IMG/VR virus record: IMGVR_UViG_3300037313_000144
Location: 1 to 24,637 of that record
Length of the DNA stretch: 24,637 nt
Strand: one strand, 5' to 3'
Source: a virus
Taxonomy: Duplodnaviria > Caudoviricetes
Every line of letters starts with the position of its first letter. Within the stretch, counting starts at the first letter, position 1. The translations under genes were made by a program, and so were the position numbers. This document shows positions 7,778-16,219 of the stretch, piece by piece. The notes beneath the pieces are model-generated. The model saw nothing but the letters and a program-made list of their open reading frames with translations, had not been told where the DNA came from and made no database searches.

Positions 7778-7802
7778 TTAACCTACAAGGAGGGAATTAA
7801 CC

Positions 7803-8729
7803 ATGTTACAACAACAATCATTTGGTCGTTTACTAGAACCTGGCCTACGTAAAGTTTTCATGGAAACATACAAAGAAAAGGCTGAACAGTATTCTAAAAT
7901 TTTCAATGTTCAAAATTCAAATAAAGCAATTGAAACTGACTTACGGATGGGTGGATTCGGTCTTTGGGAAAAGAAAGATTCTGCTGGTTCTGTAGTATTC
8001 CAAGATACAGTTGACCCACAAGCATTACAATACATCCATGAAGAATTCGCTTCTGGTTTTACTGTAGAGCGTAAACTAGTGGATGACGAACAATACAACC
8101 AAATCTCTAAAATGGGTAAAGCGTTAGGTCGTGCGGCACGTGCTACAATTGAAACTAAAGCGGCTGAGATATTAAACAACGCTTTTACTGTCAACGGTTT
8201 TGATGGTGCTCCATTAATCTCTACAACTCACAAACGTCTTGATGGTGGTACAATGTCCAACCGCCTTGCCGCTTCCGATGGAGCGTCTTCTGCGGATGGA
8301 TTACTAACGGATGCTAACTTAAAAGCGGCTCTTATCCAGATGTCTCGTCAAGTGGATGATAGAGGTATTCTTATCCAAACACAACCTACTAAACTTATAG
8401 TTCCACGTACTCTTGAATATAAGGCTCGTACTATCTTAGGTTCAATGAATATTTCATCTACTGGTAACGGTACTGGAATTACAAATGATAAGAACGTAAT
8501 TCAAGGGTCGCTGGAAGTTATTCCAATGGATTACATTACTTCAAGTACTGCATGGTTCTTACTTGACCCTAGTGTAGCAGAACTTAACTTCTTCTGGAGA
8601 AAGCGTCTTGAGTTCAAGCAAGATGAAGACTTCTCTACAATGCAAGCTAAATATCGTGGTTACATGCGTTTCTCTTGTGGATACTCTGATTACAGAGGTA
8701 TCTTTGGTTCATTAGGAACTGGAGCATAA
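7803..8729 (+). CDS. Major capsid protein (HK97 fold, Mu gpT-like family)
   Basis: 308 aa; 'LLEPGL', 'DDEQYNQI', 'DGAPLIS..H', 'PTKLIVP..LE..A', 'AWFL', 'RFSCGYSDYRG' patterns; followed by a strong terminator. Confidence 0.9.
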   Translation: MLQQQSFGRLLEPGLRKVFMETYKEKAEQYSKIFNVQNSNKAIETDLRMGGFGLWEKKDSAGSVVFQDTVDPQALQYIHEEFASGFTVERKLVDDEQYNQISKMGKALGRAARATIETKAAEILNNAFTVNGFDGAPLISTTHKRLDGGTMSNRLAASDGASSADGLLTDANLKAALIQMSRQVDDRGILIQTQPTKLIVPRTLEYKARTILGSMNISSTGNGTGITNDKNVIQGSLEVIPMDYITSSTAWFLLDPSVAELNFFWRKRLEFKQDEDFSTMQAKYRGYMRFSCGYSDYRGIFGSLGTGA

Positions 8730-8742
8730 TTTTAACTAACAG

Positions 8743-8775
8743 AATCCCCTTACCCTCATGGTGAGGGGATTTTTT
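8743..8775 (+). terminator. Intrinsic terminator after major capsid gene
   Basis: AATCCCCTTACC-ctcat-GGTGAGGGGATT followed by T-run. Confidence 0.88.
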
Positions 8776-8795
8776 CAATAAGAAGGAGGTAAATC

Positions 8796-10484
8796 ATGGA
8801 CATCATATTAAAACGAACGGATAAAGGTTACAAGTTTACTTACACTCTAGTTAATGAAGATGATTCTGTAGTTGATTTAACTGGAACATCTGTAGTTTTT
8901 AACATGGGTGATAAAAATACAGTAGTTGTAAATAAACCAGCGGTCATAGAAGATGCGTTAAATGGAGTAGTATCTTATACTTTCACAGAACAAGATACAC
9001 TTATTGAAGGTAATTTTGTAGGTGAATTTGTAGTAAATACAGATGATAATACTTCAATCACTTATCCTAGAAATAATTATATTGTAGCAAGTATTCTAGG
9101 AAATGTAGATGCTGATGGTTTCAATATAACACTTGATTTAATTGCAACAAAGCAAGGTGATTTTGAAAATAAACTTAGCAGTATCTTACTACAAGCTGGT
9201 AATATAAAAATGTCTACTATGAATGACTACACATGGGTAGCATCTGCTAATCAAATAACTTATATTATGCCAGCAGGTTCAAATTACAACTCATCAAGTA
9301 AATGGTTTGAAGTACAAGTAGGCGGTGTTCTTGTAGACCCAAATTTGATACTAAGTAGTATAGAAAATCAGTTTACCTTATTGATAGATTCAAACTTAAT
9401 TAAAAGTGGCATGATAGTTCGTGCAAGATGGACAGAACCCGTTGCACCAGTATCACCAAGTTTAGAAGCTACTGTAGTTCAATTAGAATCATCTGTGGCA
9501 GATAAATCCAAGAAAACTGTTGTGTTTTTAGCTGATTTTAACGGTACAGATAATGAGGTTAAAATCCAAGCGGCTATTGATTACGCAGTAGCGAATGGAA
9601 TTAAAACTGTATTGATGGAAGATAAAACATATATCATTTCAGCAAGGATTCTAATTAAAACAGGTATTAAGTTGGTTGGTGGATATAAAACTTCCTTCAC
9701 AGTTTACGGAGTTAACTACAATGTATTAGAATTTCAGAAAAATTCTTCCGCAGAAGGTTTCACTATTAATATAGATGATGTGAACTTTGTTGGAAATGTA
9801 CTCTATTTTGACGGTGTGTATCGCTATTACAATTCATGGAACCGTACAGCCGTGAGAAACATGCAGATTATTGATTGGAACGACTACCGTAAAGCAACGG
9901 GTGTAAAACTTCTATCTAGAAATGCAAACGATGAAATATCTTTCTTAGTTTTTGATAATGTGAAAATCGTTAGCATGAATGTAGGAGTGTCTCTGCAATG
10001 TACTGCACCTACTCCAAGCGGAAACGCTTATATTAATGCAAATCGTTTTAATAACTTCACCTTAGAAGGTTGTAATGAGATGATTAATATTTCCTCACAA
10101 GTAACTGTTCCTGCTGAATGTTCGGGAAATATTTTCTCTAGTTTACAAATACAACCTTCCTACGCTACACAAACACTTATCACAGTTAATGGTGGGTATA
10201 ATGTATTTGATGGAATGATATGGGATTTACAGTTAATTCCTCATTCTAATAACGTAATCTTTTGTACGGCACAAGCAGAATATACTCGATTTAATCTTCA
10301 AAATATGCCTTATACAAGGGTGTCGGATTTAGGTAATCAAAACGATGCAGGACGTTTATCTATCTTAGAAAACAGAACAACTGATAGAACAACTACTTTA
10401 GTAGGACAAATGTGGTTTAGGACAGATACAAACACTATAAAAGTTGTAACTGGAACAGGTATTAAAACTATAACCCCTGTATAG
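8796..10484 (+). CDS. Spike/fibre protein 1: BppU-like N-terminal domain plus pectin-lyase-like beta-helix
   Basis: N-terminal 'VDLTGTSVVF...GVVSYTFTEQDT..G.F.GEF.V...TYP' is BppU_N-like; 'DNEVKIQAAIDYA' opens a beta-helix region. Confidence 0.7.
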   Translation: MDIILKRTDKGYKFTYTLVNEDDSVVDLTGTSVVFNMGDKNTVVVNKPAVIEDALNGVVSYTFTEQDTLIEGNFVGEFVVNTDDNTSITYPRNNYIVASILGNVDADGFNITLDLIATKQGDFENKLSSILLQAGNIKMSTMNDYTWVASANQITYIMPAGSNYNSSSKWFEVQVGGVLVDPNLILSSIENQFTLLIDSNLIKSGMIVRARWTEPVAPVSPSLEATVVQLESSVADKSKKTVVFLADFNGTDNEVKIQAAIDYAVANGIKTVLMEDKTYIISARILIKTGIKLVGGYKTSFTVYGVNYNVLEFQKNSSAEGFTINIDDVNFVGNVLYFDGVYRYYNSWNRTAVRNMQIIDWNDYRKATGVKLLSRNANDEISFLVFDNVKIVSMNVGVSLQCTAPTPSGNAYINANRFNNFTLEGCNEMINISSQVTVPAECSGNIFSSLQIQPSYATQTLITVNGGYNVFDGMIWDLQLIPHSNNVIFCTAQAEYTRFNLQNMPYTRVSDLGNQNDAGRLSILENRTTDRTTTLVGQMWFRTDTNTIKVVTGTGIKTITPV

Positions 10485-10563
10485 TGGTAATAATTACTTT
10501 ACACTTGGACAAAATTGTGAATCTATAATTGATAAATTAATTTATTCATAAGGAGGAAATAAT

Positions 10564-11925
10564 ATGTCATTTGGAATTGATGCTCAATTGGTTTTTGATA
10601 CTGATGGTAAAAGTGTATCTAATAAATTAACAGATATTAAAAATAAAAGTAACAATTATCGAGTAGATGTAATAGTTGATTATAAAGCAGTTGGTGATGA
10701 TGTTACGGATGATGGTATAAAAATCCAACAAGCAATTACGGATGTATTTAATGCCGGTGGTGGAACTATATTCTTTCCGAAACCTCCTGTTAAATATAAG
10801 TATAGTCAGACGTTATTAGTTCCTGAGAATGTATTCCTTGAAGGTATCGGAGAAGGTACAACTGGTTCACGGTTACATTATATAGGTTCATCGTGGGCAA
10901 TGGTTACATCAAGTAAACATCAACGTAATTCATTTAAAAACTTACGTTTTGACTTAAATGGAACTGCGAATGGATTGAGAATAGGGGATGTAGTAGCTAA
11001 CTTAGCTGGTAATATACCTATTCAACATTATTTAGAGAATGTCACGTTTGAGAATATAGCCAGTGGATTCACTGCTTTACAGACATCTAATGTATCTCAC
11101 ATTTCCATGAAGCGTGTGAGAATAGGATACGGTTCCACTGTAGGTGGTAATGCTTTAAAGATTACCGCAGATGGTTTCAACAGTGGAGTATTCAAAGCAG
11201 AAGATTGTACATTCGGACGTGTAGATGCCACAGATATTGCTATCGAAATCAACGGAACTGTAAACTTAGATTCTTATAACTTTGACTCTTGTTATATTGG
11301 CGGACAACGTGTAAAAATTGGCGAGACTGAAGTAGTTCGTTCCGTTAATTTTGAAGCTTGTCATGGAGAATTTAGATTACTTGCTGGTTCTGGTTTACCA
11401 AATGTAGATGCATTTCAACTATTCAAAGTATACGGTGGTTCATGGAAAGGTGGTACAATTACATGTTTTGGTGCATCTAGTTCCAATGCTTTCCGTTTTA
11501 AATCAGATGTAAAGAAGTTCAATATTGAAGCGGTAGAAGCTAATGGGGTAATGGGTGTAATTTACCTACAAGATGGTGGTACAACTGTAGAAGGTTGTAT
11601 ACTACAAGAAGCAAACTTGACCAACGGTTCAATTGCTACTCAATTCAGTGGAGTATCTGACCAAAATTTTAAATTGTTAGCTAGACGATTCCAGACAGAA
11701 AACATTAACGTAAAGTCTATATTCAGTGTAGATGCAGTTAATAAACAAGAATGGGGTTCTGCCGCACCTACTATTAATGGGTGGACTAGGGGAGATAGAG
11801 TATGGAATACCTTACCTTCGGAACTGGGTACAACAGGAAGTAAGTATGTAATCACTGGATGGATATGTACGGTTACAGGAACTCCAGGTACATGGTTACA
11901 AATACGCAGTTTAACAGGCAATTAA
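10564..11925 (+). CDS. Spike protein 2, pectate-lyase-3-like beta-helix (candidate depolymerase)
   Basis: 'VIVDYKAVGDDVTDD...IQQAI...GGGTIFFP' motif; C-terminal 'WTRGDRVWN..P...GWICTVTGTPGTW' seen in phage spikes. Confidence 0.75.
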   Translation: MSFGIDAQLVFDTDGKSVSNKLTDIKNKSNNYRVDVIVDYKAVGDDVTDDGIKIQQAITDVFNAGGGTIFFPKPPVKYKYSQTLLVPENVFLEGIGEGTTGSRLHYIGSSWAMVTSSKHQRNSFKNLRFDLNGTANGLRIGDVVANLAGNIPIQHYLENVTFENIASGFTALQTSNVSHISMKRVRIGYGSTVGGNALKITADGFNSGVFKAEDCTFGRVDATDIAIEINGTVNLDSYNFDSCYIGGQRVKIGETEVVRSVNFEACHGEFRLLAGSGLPNVDAFQLFKVYGGSWKGGTITCFGASSSNAFRFKSDVKKFNIEAVEANGVMGVIYLQDGGTTVEGCILQEANLTNGSIATQFSGVSDQNFKLLARRFQTENINVKSIFSVDAVNKQEWGSAAPTINGWTRGDRVWNTLPSELGTTGSKYVITGWICTVTGTPGTWLQIRSLTGN

Positions 11926-11947
11926 TATAAAAATAGGAGGAATTGAT

Positions 11948-12541
11948 ATGAAAATGAGTGAGATATTTACCGCAGTTAAATCATTGGCTGAAAACGATAC
12001 AGGTATTTCTAATAACAACATTACGATGTGGGTAGACCAAGCTATCAATCGTATCAATCAAGCATTACAAGCGAATATCCCAGTGACTACTGGGAAACCG
12101 ATTACTTATGAACCAGAATTTGATGTACGATATCATGAGTCATTAGTTTTATTTTCTGTAGGTAAATACAGAGAATCTGATTCAGATTACAATAGCGGTG
12201 TATATTTTATGAATCAATTCGCAGATATGGTTAGGACAATGCAACGTGACATGGTGCTACAACCTAGTGTGCGAACTGATTACAATATTCAACAAATAAT
12301 AGTGGAAAATGCTGGTACTCTCTTGTATACTTTAACTATGCCATATGGTTCATATTTTGATGTAATAACAGTTTATAACAATAATGTACTTTTAGATTCA
12401 ATGTATTATAGTATTAATCTAAATACAAAATCTATTACATTTAAGGGAATTTCCTTAGTTCCAAATGACAAAATTACAATCGTATTTGAAAATAATTCAG
12501 ATTTAAATAATCCACCTTACGGATGGTGGAGTGCATTTTAG
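11948..12541 (+). CDS. Probable head-to-tail adaptor (P22 gp4 / T7 gp11 position)
   Basis: Helical N-half 'ITMWVDQAINRIN...YHESLVLF'; lies directly before the nozzle-like gene. Confidence 0.6.
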   Translation: MKMSEIFTAVKSLAENDTGISNNNITMWVDQAINRINQALQANIPVTTGKPITYEPEFDVRYHESLVLFSVGKYRESDSDYNSGVYFMNQFADMVRTMQRDMVLQPSVRTDYNIQQIIVENAGTLLYTLTMPYGSYFDVITVYNNNVLLDSMYYSINLNTKSITFKGISLVPNDKITIVFENNSDLNNPPYGWWSAF

Positions 12542-12552
12542 GAGGGATATGA

Positions 12553-14439
12553 ATGGCGAGACAACCTTACTCAGTCAATACATCAGATAAACAGATGGAA
12601 GTCTTTAGTTCCTTCGATGGAGGAATGAATACACAAGAACATCCATCTAAATTAAACGATAATGAATTTACTCTCATGCAAAATGTAAACATCGTAGCTG
12701 GTGGAATTGTAACCAATAGAGAAGCCTATGCTCGAACAAAAGTTCTAGGTAGTTTAAACTTAGGTGTTTCTCAAGGTTTGTTTTATTATGATAATCTTAA
12801 TAATAGTACTATCATTCATGCTATTGGTGGAAAATTATATAAACTTAACGAACAAACAGGAGCGACTACATTATTACCAATTACTGATTTAGCAAGTGGG
12901 TTTCAGACAACTAGACCAGTTGAAGCAGTTCAATATCGAACGCTATTGTATATCGCTACAGGTAGTGGATTAGTTAAATTCGATGGTACTACTGCTTCAC
13001 TAGTTCAAGCATATAAACCTACTGGACTTGAAGCCTTGTACATTGGAACTAATGGATATGCGGCTGACCCCGATAATTTCCTAGCTGACATTACAGCTGG
13101 AGCATCTAATAACATCTTAGGTATTAAAAGTGACCAACGATATGGAGTCGTAAATAAAAGCGTAACGTTTACGGCATATTCAGAAAAGATTGCATCAGAT
13201 ACTTTACAATATAAGTTTTCATCTAAGTATGTAACTGAGCCTAAATTCACTCAATGGGCTGATTGGGGTTTGACTAAAACGATGTCTCATAAATTCGGTA
13301 AGAATACAGATTACCAAATTAAATGTGAGATTCGTAAAAATGGAACTACGGTTACGTTAGATGAATATATCATTCCTAAGTTTAGGGTAGCATCTACACC
13401 AGATGCAAAGCCAGAAGCGACTATTAACTTTGAAGATATGAAATTATGTAATCGAATTTTATTACATTATGACCGTTTAGTTCTATATGGTGATACGAAT
13501 AATCCAGACCACATGTATACATCTCATCTGAACAATTTTGCTTATTTCCCTAGAACAAACATTATGCGAATAAGTGACCCAACCAGAGGTAGTTTAAATT
13601 CTGTAATTCAATATAAGAACTTCTTAGTTTGTTTTACAACAAATTCAATTCAAATGATTACAGGTGTGGCACCATCGGAATATGCAAAAATACCAATTCA
13701 TACTACCATAGGTACTAAACATCCGTATTCAGTTCAAGTAATGAAGAATTATATTGTATTTGTATCTAGAGACAACAGTGTGTATATTCTAAAATCATTC
13801 AACTATTCTACTACAGATAAATTAAATGTAGAAAGGATTGATTTAGAGATTAAAGATGCACTAACAACTGACTTAAATGGTGTATCTAAAAAAGTTATTG
13901 GAATGATACACAATGACCAATATTATTTGTATGTTCAAACAGGTACTAATTGTCATATTTACAGATTCTATTATGAATTAGGTGTATGGGTTCGAGATTA
14001 TGTAGCTAATAATTATTCAACTATGAAATCAATTAACGGCTCATTATATCTAACACCAGATGAAACAGGACAGTTGCATAAATTAACTAAAGATGTATTC
14101 ATGGATGATTTAAAAACACGATTTACTATGACTATTGCATCAAAAGATTATGACTACGGTTTGCCTTATCACAAGAAGAAATTAAAACAATTTCAACTTA
14201 TTTCAAAAGTACAATCCGATACAAGTATTGTAGTAGTATTAACCGCTGATAGTACTACAAATTTATTAATCTCACCTGTAACCGTTGACCCAACTAAAAA
14301 TGGTACAGACTCTCAAAAATTCATATTACCAGTTAATGGTCGATTTAGATACATTAAATCCATCATTAAAGCGGAAGTTAAAAGTAATGTTCAATTACTA
14401 AGTTTTGGCTTTGTATTCAAATATAGTTCACCGAAATAG
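12553..14439 (+). CDS. Probable tail nozzle / tail tubular protein (P22 gp10 / T7 gp12-like beta-propeller)
   Basis: 628 aa beta-rich; N-terminal 'F.GGMNT...L.DNE...MQNV' typical of podovirus nozzle proteins. Confidence 0.7.
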   Translation: MARQPYSVNTSDKQMEVFSSFDGGMNTQEHPSKLNDNEFTLMQNVNIVAGGIVTNREAYARTKVLGSLNLGVSQGLFYYDNLNNSTIIHAIGGKLYKLNEQTGATTLLPITDLASGFQTTRPVEAVQYRTLLYIATGSGLVKFDGTTASLVQAYKPTGLEALYIGTNGYAADPDNFLADITAGASNNILGIKSDQRYGVVNKSVTFTAYSEKIASDTLQYKFSSKYVTEPKFTQWADWGLTKTMSHKFGKNTDYQIKCEIRKNGTTVTLDEYIIPKFRVASTPDAKPEATINFEDMKLCNRILLHYDRLVLYGDTNNPDHMYTSHLNNFAYFPRTNIMRISDPTRGSLNSVIQYKNFLVCFTTNSIQMITGVAPSEYAKIPIHTTIGTKHPYSVQVMKNYIVFVSRDNSVYILKSFNYSTTDKLNVERIDLEIKDALTTDLNGVSKKVIGMIHNDQYYLYVQTGTNCHIYRFYYELGVWVRDYVANNYSTMKSINGSLYLTPDETGQLHKLTKDVFMDDLKTRFTMTIASKDYDYGLPYHKKKLKQFQLISKVQSDTSIVVVLTADSTTNLLISPVTVDPTKNGTDSQKFILPVNGRFRYIKSIIKAEVKSNVQLLSFGFVFKYSSPK

Positions 14440-14451
14440 GAGGTGTGGTCA

Positions 14452-15342
14452 ATGGCTGAAAGTTATGAACAAACTGAATTACCATTACCATATGAAGAAA
14501 CTGATGGGGAGGAATTTTCCCCTGTTGCCACATCTGAAGAAGTAACTAATCGTACAGTATTATCTGATACCGATTATAACGGAGTAGTTATCAATGACAT
14601 TGACGGTATCATCATTACTAGTTTATTAAATAAATTAAAACTTAATGCTCAACAAGGAATTGAGATAACGAAACTATCAGATGGTTCACTTGTATTCTCT
14701 ATAGATGCTACAACTGGTGATGGTGTATTCTCAGGTACAGTAAAAGTAAATGCCGCTAATAAATGGGGTAACACTGCGGCAATTCAATTGCAGAATGGTG
14801 ATATCACTGGTCTGAATGGAGCGTACATGAAGGACGTAGCTGATAATGAAGGGGAAGGTGTGCTCTTTCTAAAAACAGGTAAAGTTGCTGGTGATTATTC
14901 GGATGCTATAAATGATTATTGGACTTTACGAGTTGATGGTGGCGGTACATTGCTACTTGATGGTAAACCTGTGTATTATAGCGGTCAGAATAACTTTTTA
15001 TGGGATGGCTACGCATATCCTGTAGATGGGTCTACACTAACTCCAACTAAGACATTAACGCAGTGTCCTAACGGTTGGATATTAGTCTGGTCGGATTTTG
15101 ATGCTCCATCTACTCCCCAAAACTATAATTGGTACACATCAGTTATTCCTAAGTTTGTGGGTGACAACGGAAATAACTGGTCTTTCGCTATTCCAACAGG
15201 TACTTCTACAAGTTCATATGCTGATTTAGCCGCTAAATCATTAATCATCTACAATGATAGAATCGTAGGGGATTCTTCTGCGAGCGGTAACTCTACAGGT
15301 ATTTCCGCTGACATTGTTTTACGCTACGTAATAGCGTATTAA
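14452..15342 (+). CDS. Tail fibre / receptor-binding protein
   Basis: AGGAGGTG RBS before ATG 14452; C-terminal 'LWDG...CPNGWILVWSD...VLRYVIAY' domain resembling Bacillota phage tail proteins. Confidence 0.6.
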   Translation: MAESYEQTELPLPYEETDGEEFSPVATSEEVTNRTVLSDTDYNGVVINDIDGIIITSLLNKLKLNAQQGIEITKLSDGSLVFSIDATTGDGVFSGTVKVNAANKWGNTAAIQLQNGDITGLNGAYMKDVADNEGEGVLFLKTGKVAGDYSDAINDYWTLRVDGGGTLLLDGKPVYYSGQNNFLWDGYAYPVDGSTLTPTKTLTQCPNGWILVWSDFDAPSTPQNYNWYTSVIPKFVGDNGNNWSFAIPTGTSTSSYADLAAKSLIIYNDRIVGDSSASGNSTGISADIVLRYVIAY

Positions 15343-15357
15343 GGGGGGATATAAAAA

Positions 15358-15918
15358 ATGAAGATATATATTCTGGTAAATGAATCGACAAATGAGGTAC
15401 TGCAACTATCTAAGTCAAGAAACATGGAGAGTGAAATTGAGGTAGAGATAGCTGATAACCACTCTATTTTTTCTAAACATTTTAAGTTCTTTAAGTATAT
15501 GAATGGTGAAATATTGGAAATTGATGAACTCATATTAAACGATGCGAAAATCAGAAAGAGTAATGAGTTACAGAATGAATGTAATAAAACTATTTTAGGT
15601 CGATTTTACGCTGAGTTAGATGGGGTGACCTATCAATTCTCATGTGATAATGAAGCACAAAAGAACTTCGATAAAGCCTTAAAAGTATTTGAGAAGGGTT
15701 GGAGAACTGAGTTACTATGGACTGTGTATGACATGAACGGAAACGTATTACGATTGATAGTACGAGCAGACCAATACGCTCCACTTTACATGGCACATCT
15801 AGACCACATACAGTATAACATTTCTAAGTTTCGAGATACCTTACAACCAATAGTTGAAAACGCACAAACCGTTGATGAGGTTAAAAATGTTACGTATATG
15901 GGTGGGGTTCAATCATGA
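15358..15918 (+). CDS. DUF4376-like tail fibre assembly protein
   Basis: 'AKIRKSNEL...C...I..F...Y.FSCD.EAQ.N' and 'VENAQTVDEVKNV' patterns; follows the fibre gene. Confidence 0.6.
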   Translation: MKIYILVNESTNEVLQLSKSRNMESEIEVEIADNHSIFSKHFKFFKYMNGEILEIDELILNDAKIRKSNELQNECNKTILGRFYAELDGVTYQFSCDNEAQKNFDKALKVFEKGWRTELLWTVYDMNGNVLRLIVRADQYAPLYMAHLDHIQYNISKFRDTLQPIVENAQTVDEVKNVTYMGGVQS

Positions 15919-16115
15919 AAAAGTATATCTGGAATATCCTTGTATCACTTGACCAATTGGGTAATACACTTTTGGGCGGTAATCCTGATGAGACCATTAG
16001 TTCAAGGATGGCTAAAAGAGCTAGAAAAGGCGATAAACTGGGGATACGAGTTTGTAAGATTCTCAATTACTTTGATGAAGGTCACTGTGAAAAGACAATT
16101 GAATTAGATGAATAA
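15915..16115 (+). CDS. Conserved small phage protein (66 aa)
   Basis: 'WNIL..LDQLGNTLLGG.PDETISSR...C..L..FD..HC' pattern often seen next to tail-fibre genes; ATGA-coupled. Confidence 0.7.
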   Translation: MKKYIWNILVSLDQLGNTLLGGNPDETISSRMAKRARKGDKLGIRVCKILNYFDEGHCEKTIELDE

Positions 16116-16125
16116 CCTAAAAAAT

Positions 16126-16153
16126 GAGGGAACTGTTGTAGTTCCCTCTTTTT
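16126..16153 (+). terminator. Intrinsic terminator after tail module
   Basis: GAGGGAACT-gttgt-AGTTCCCTC followed by TTTTT. Confidence 0.8.
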
Positions 16154-16168
16154 ACTAATGTAGTAGTA

Positions 16169-16177
16169 TGATATACT
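16169..16177 (+). promoter_or_regulatory. Candidate extended -10 promoter for internal-protein operon
   Basis: TGaTATACT just after the terminator and about 40 nt upstream of the ATG; -35 is weak. Confidence 0.4.
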
Positions 16178-16219
16178 AATTGTAGTTAATACGGAAAATT
16201 TTTGAAGGAGGTAATACTA

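Noticed and set aside
8715-8795. T7 10A/10B-style frameshift or readthrough at the capsid end
   Set aside because: No slippery heptamer, nearby stop codons and a strong terminator directly after the stop.
8796-15342. Diversity-generating retroelement or shufflon acting on receptor-binding genes
   Set aside because: No reverse transcriptase, recombinase, template/variable repeat pair or inverted crossover repeats seen in the window.
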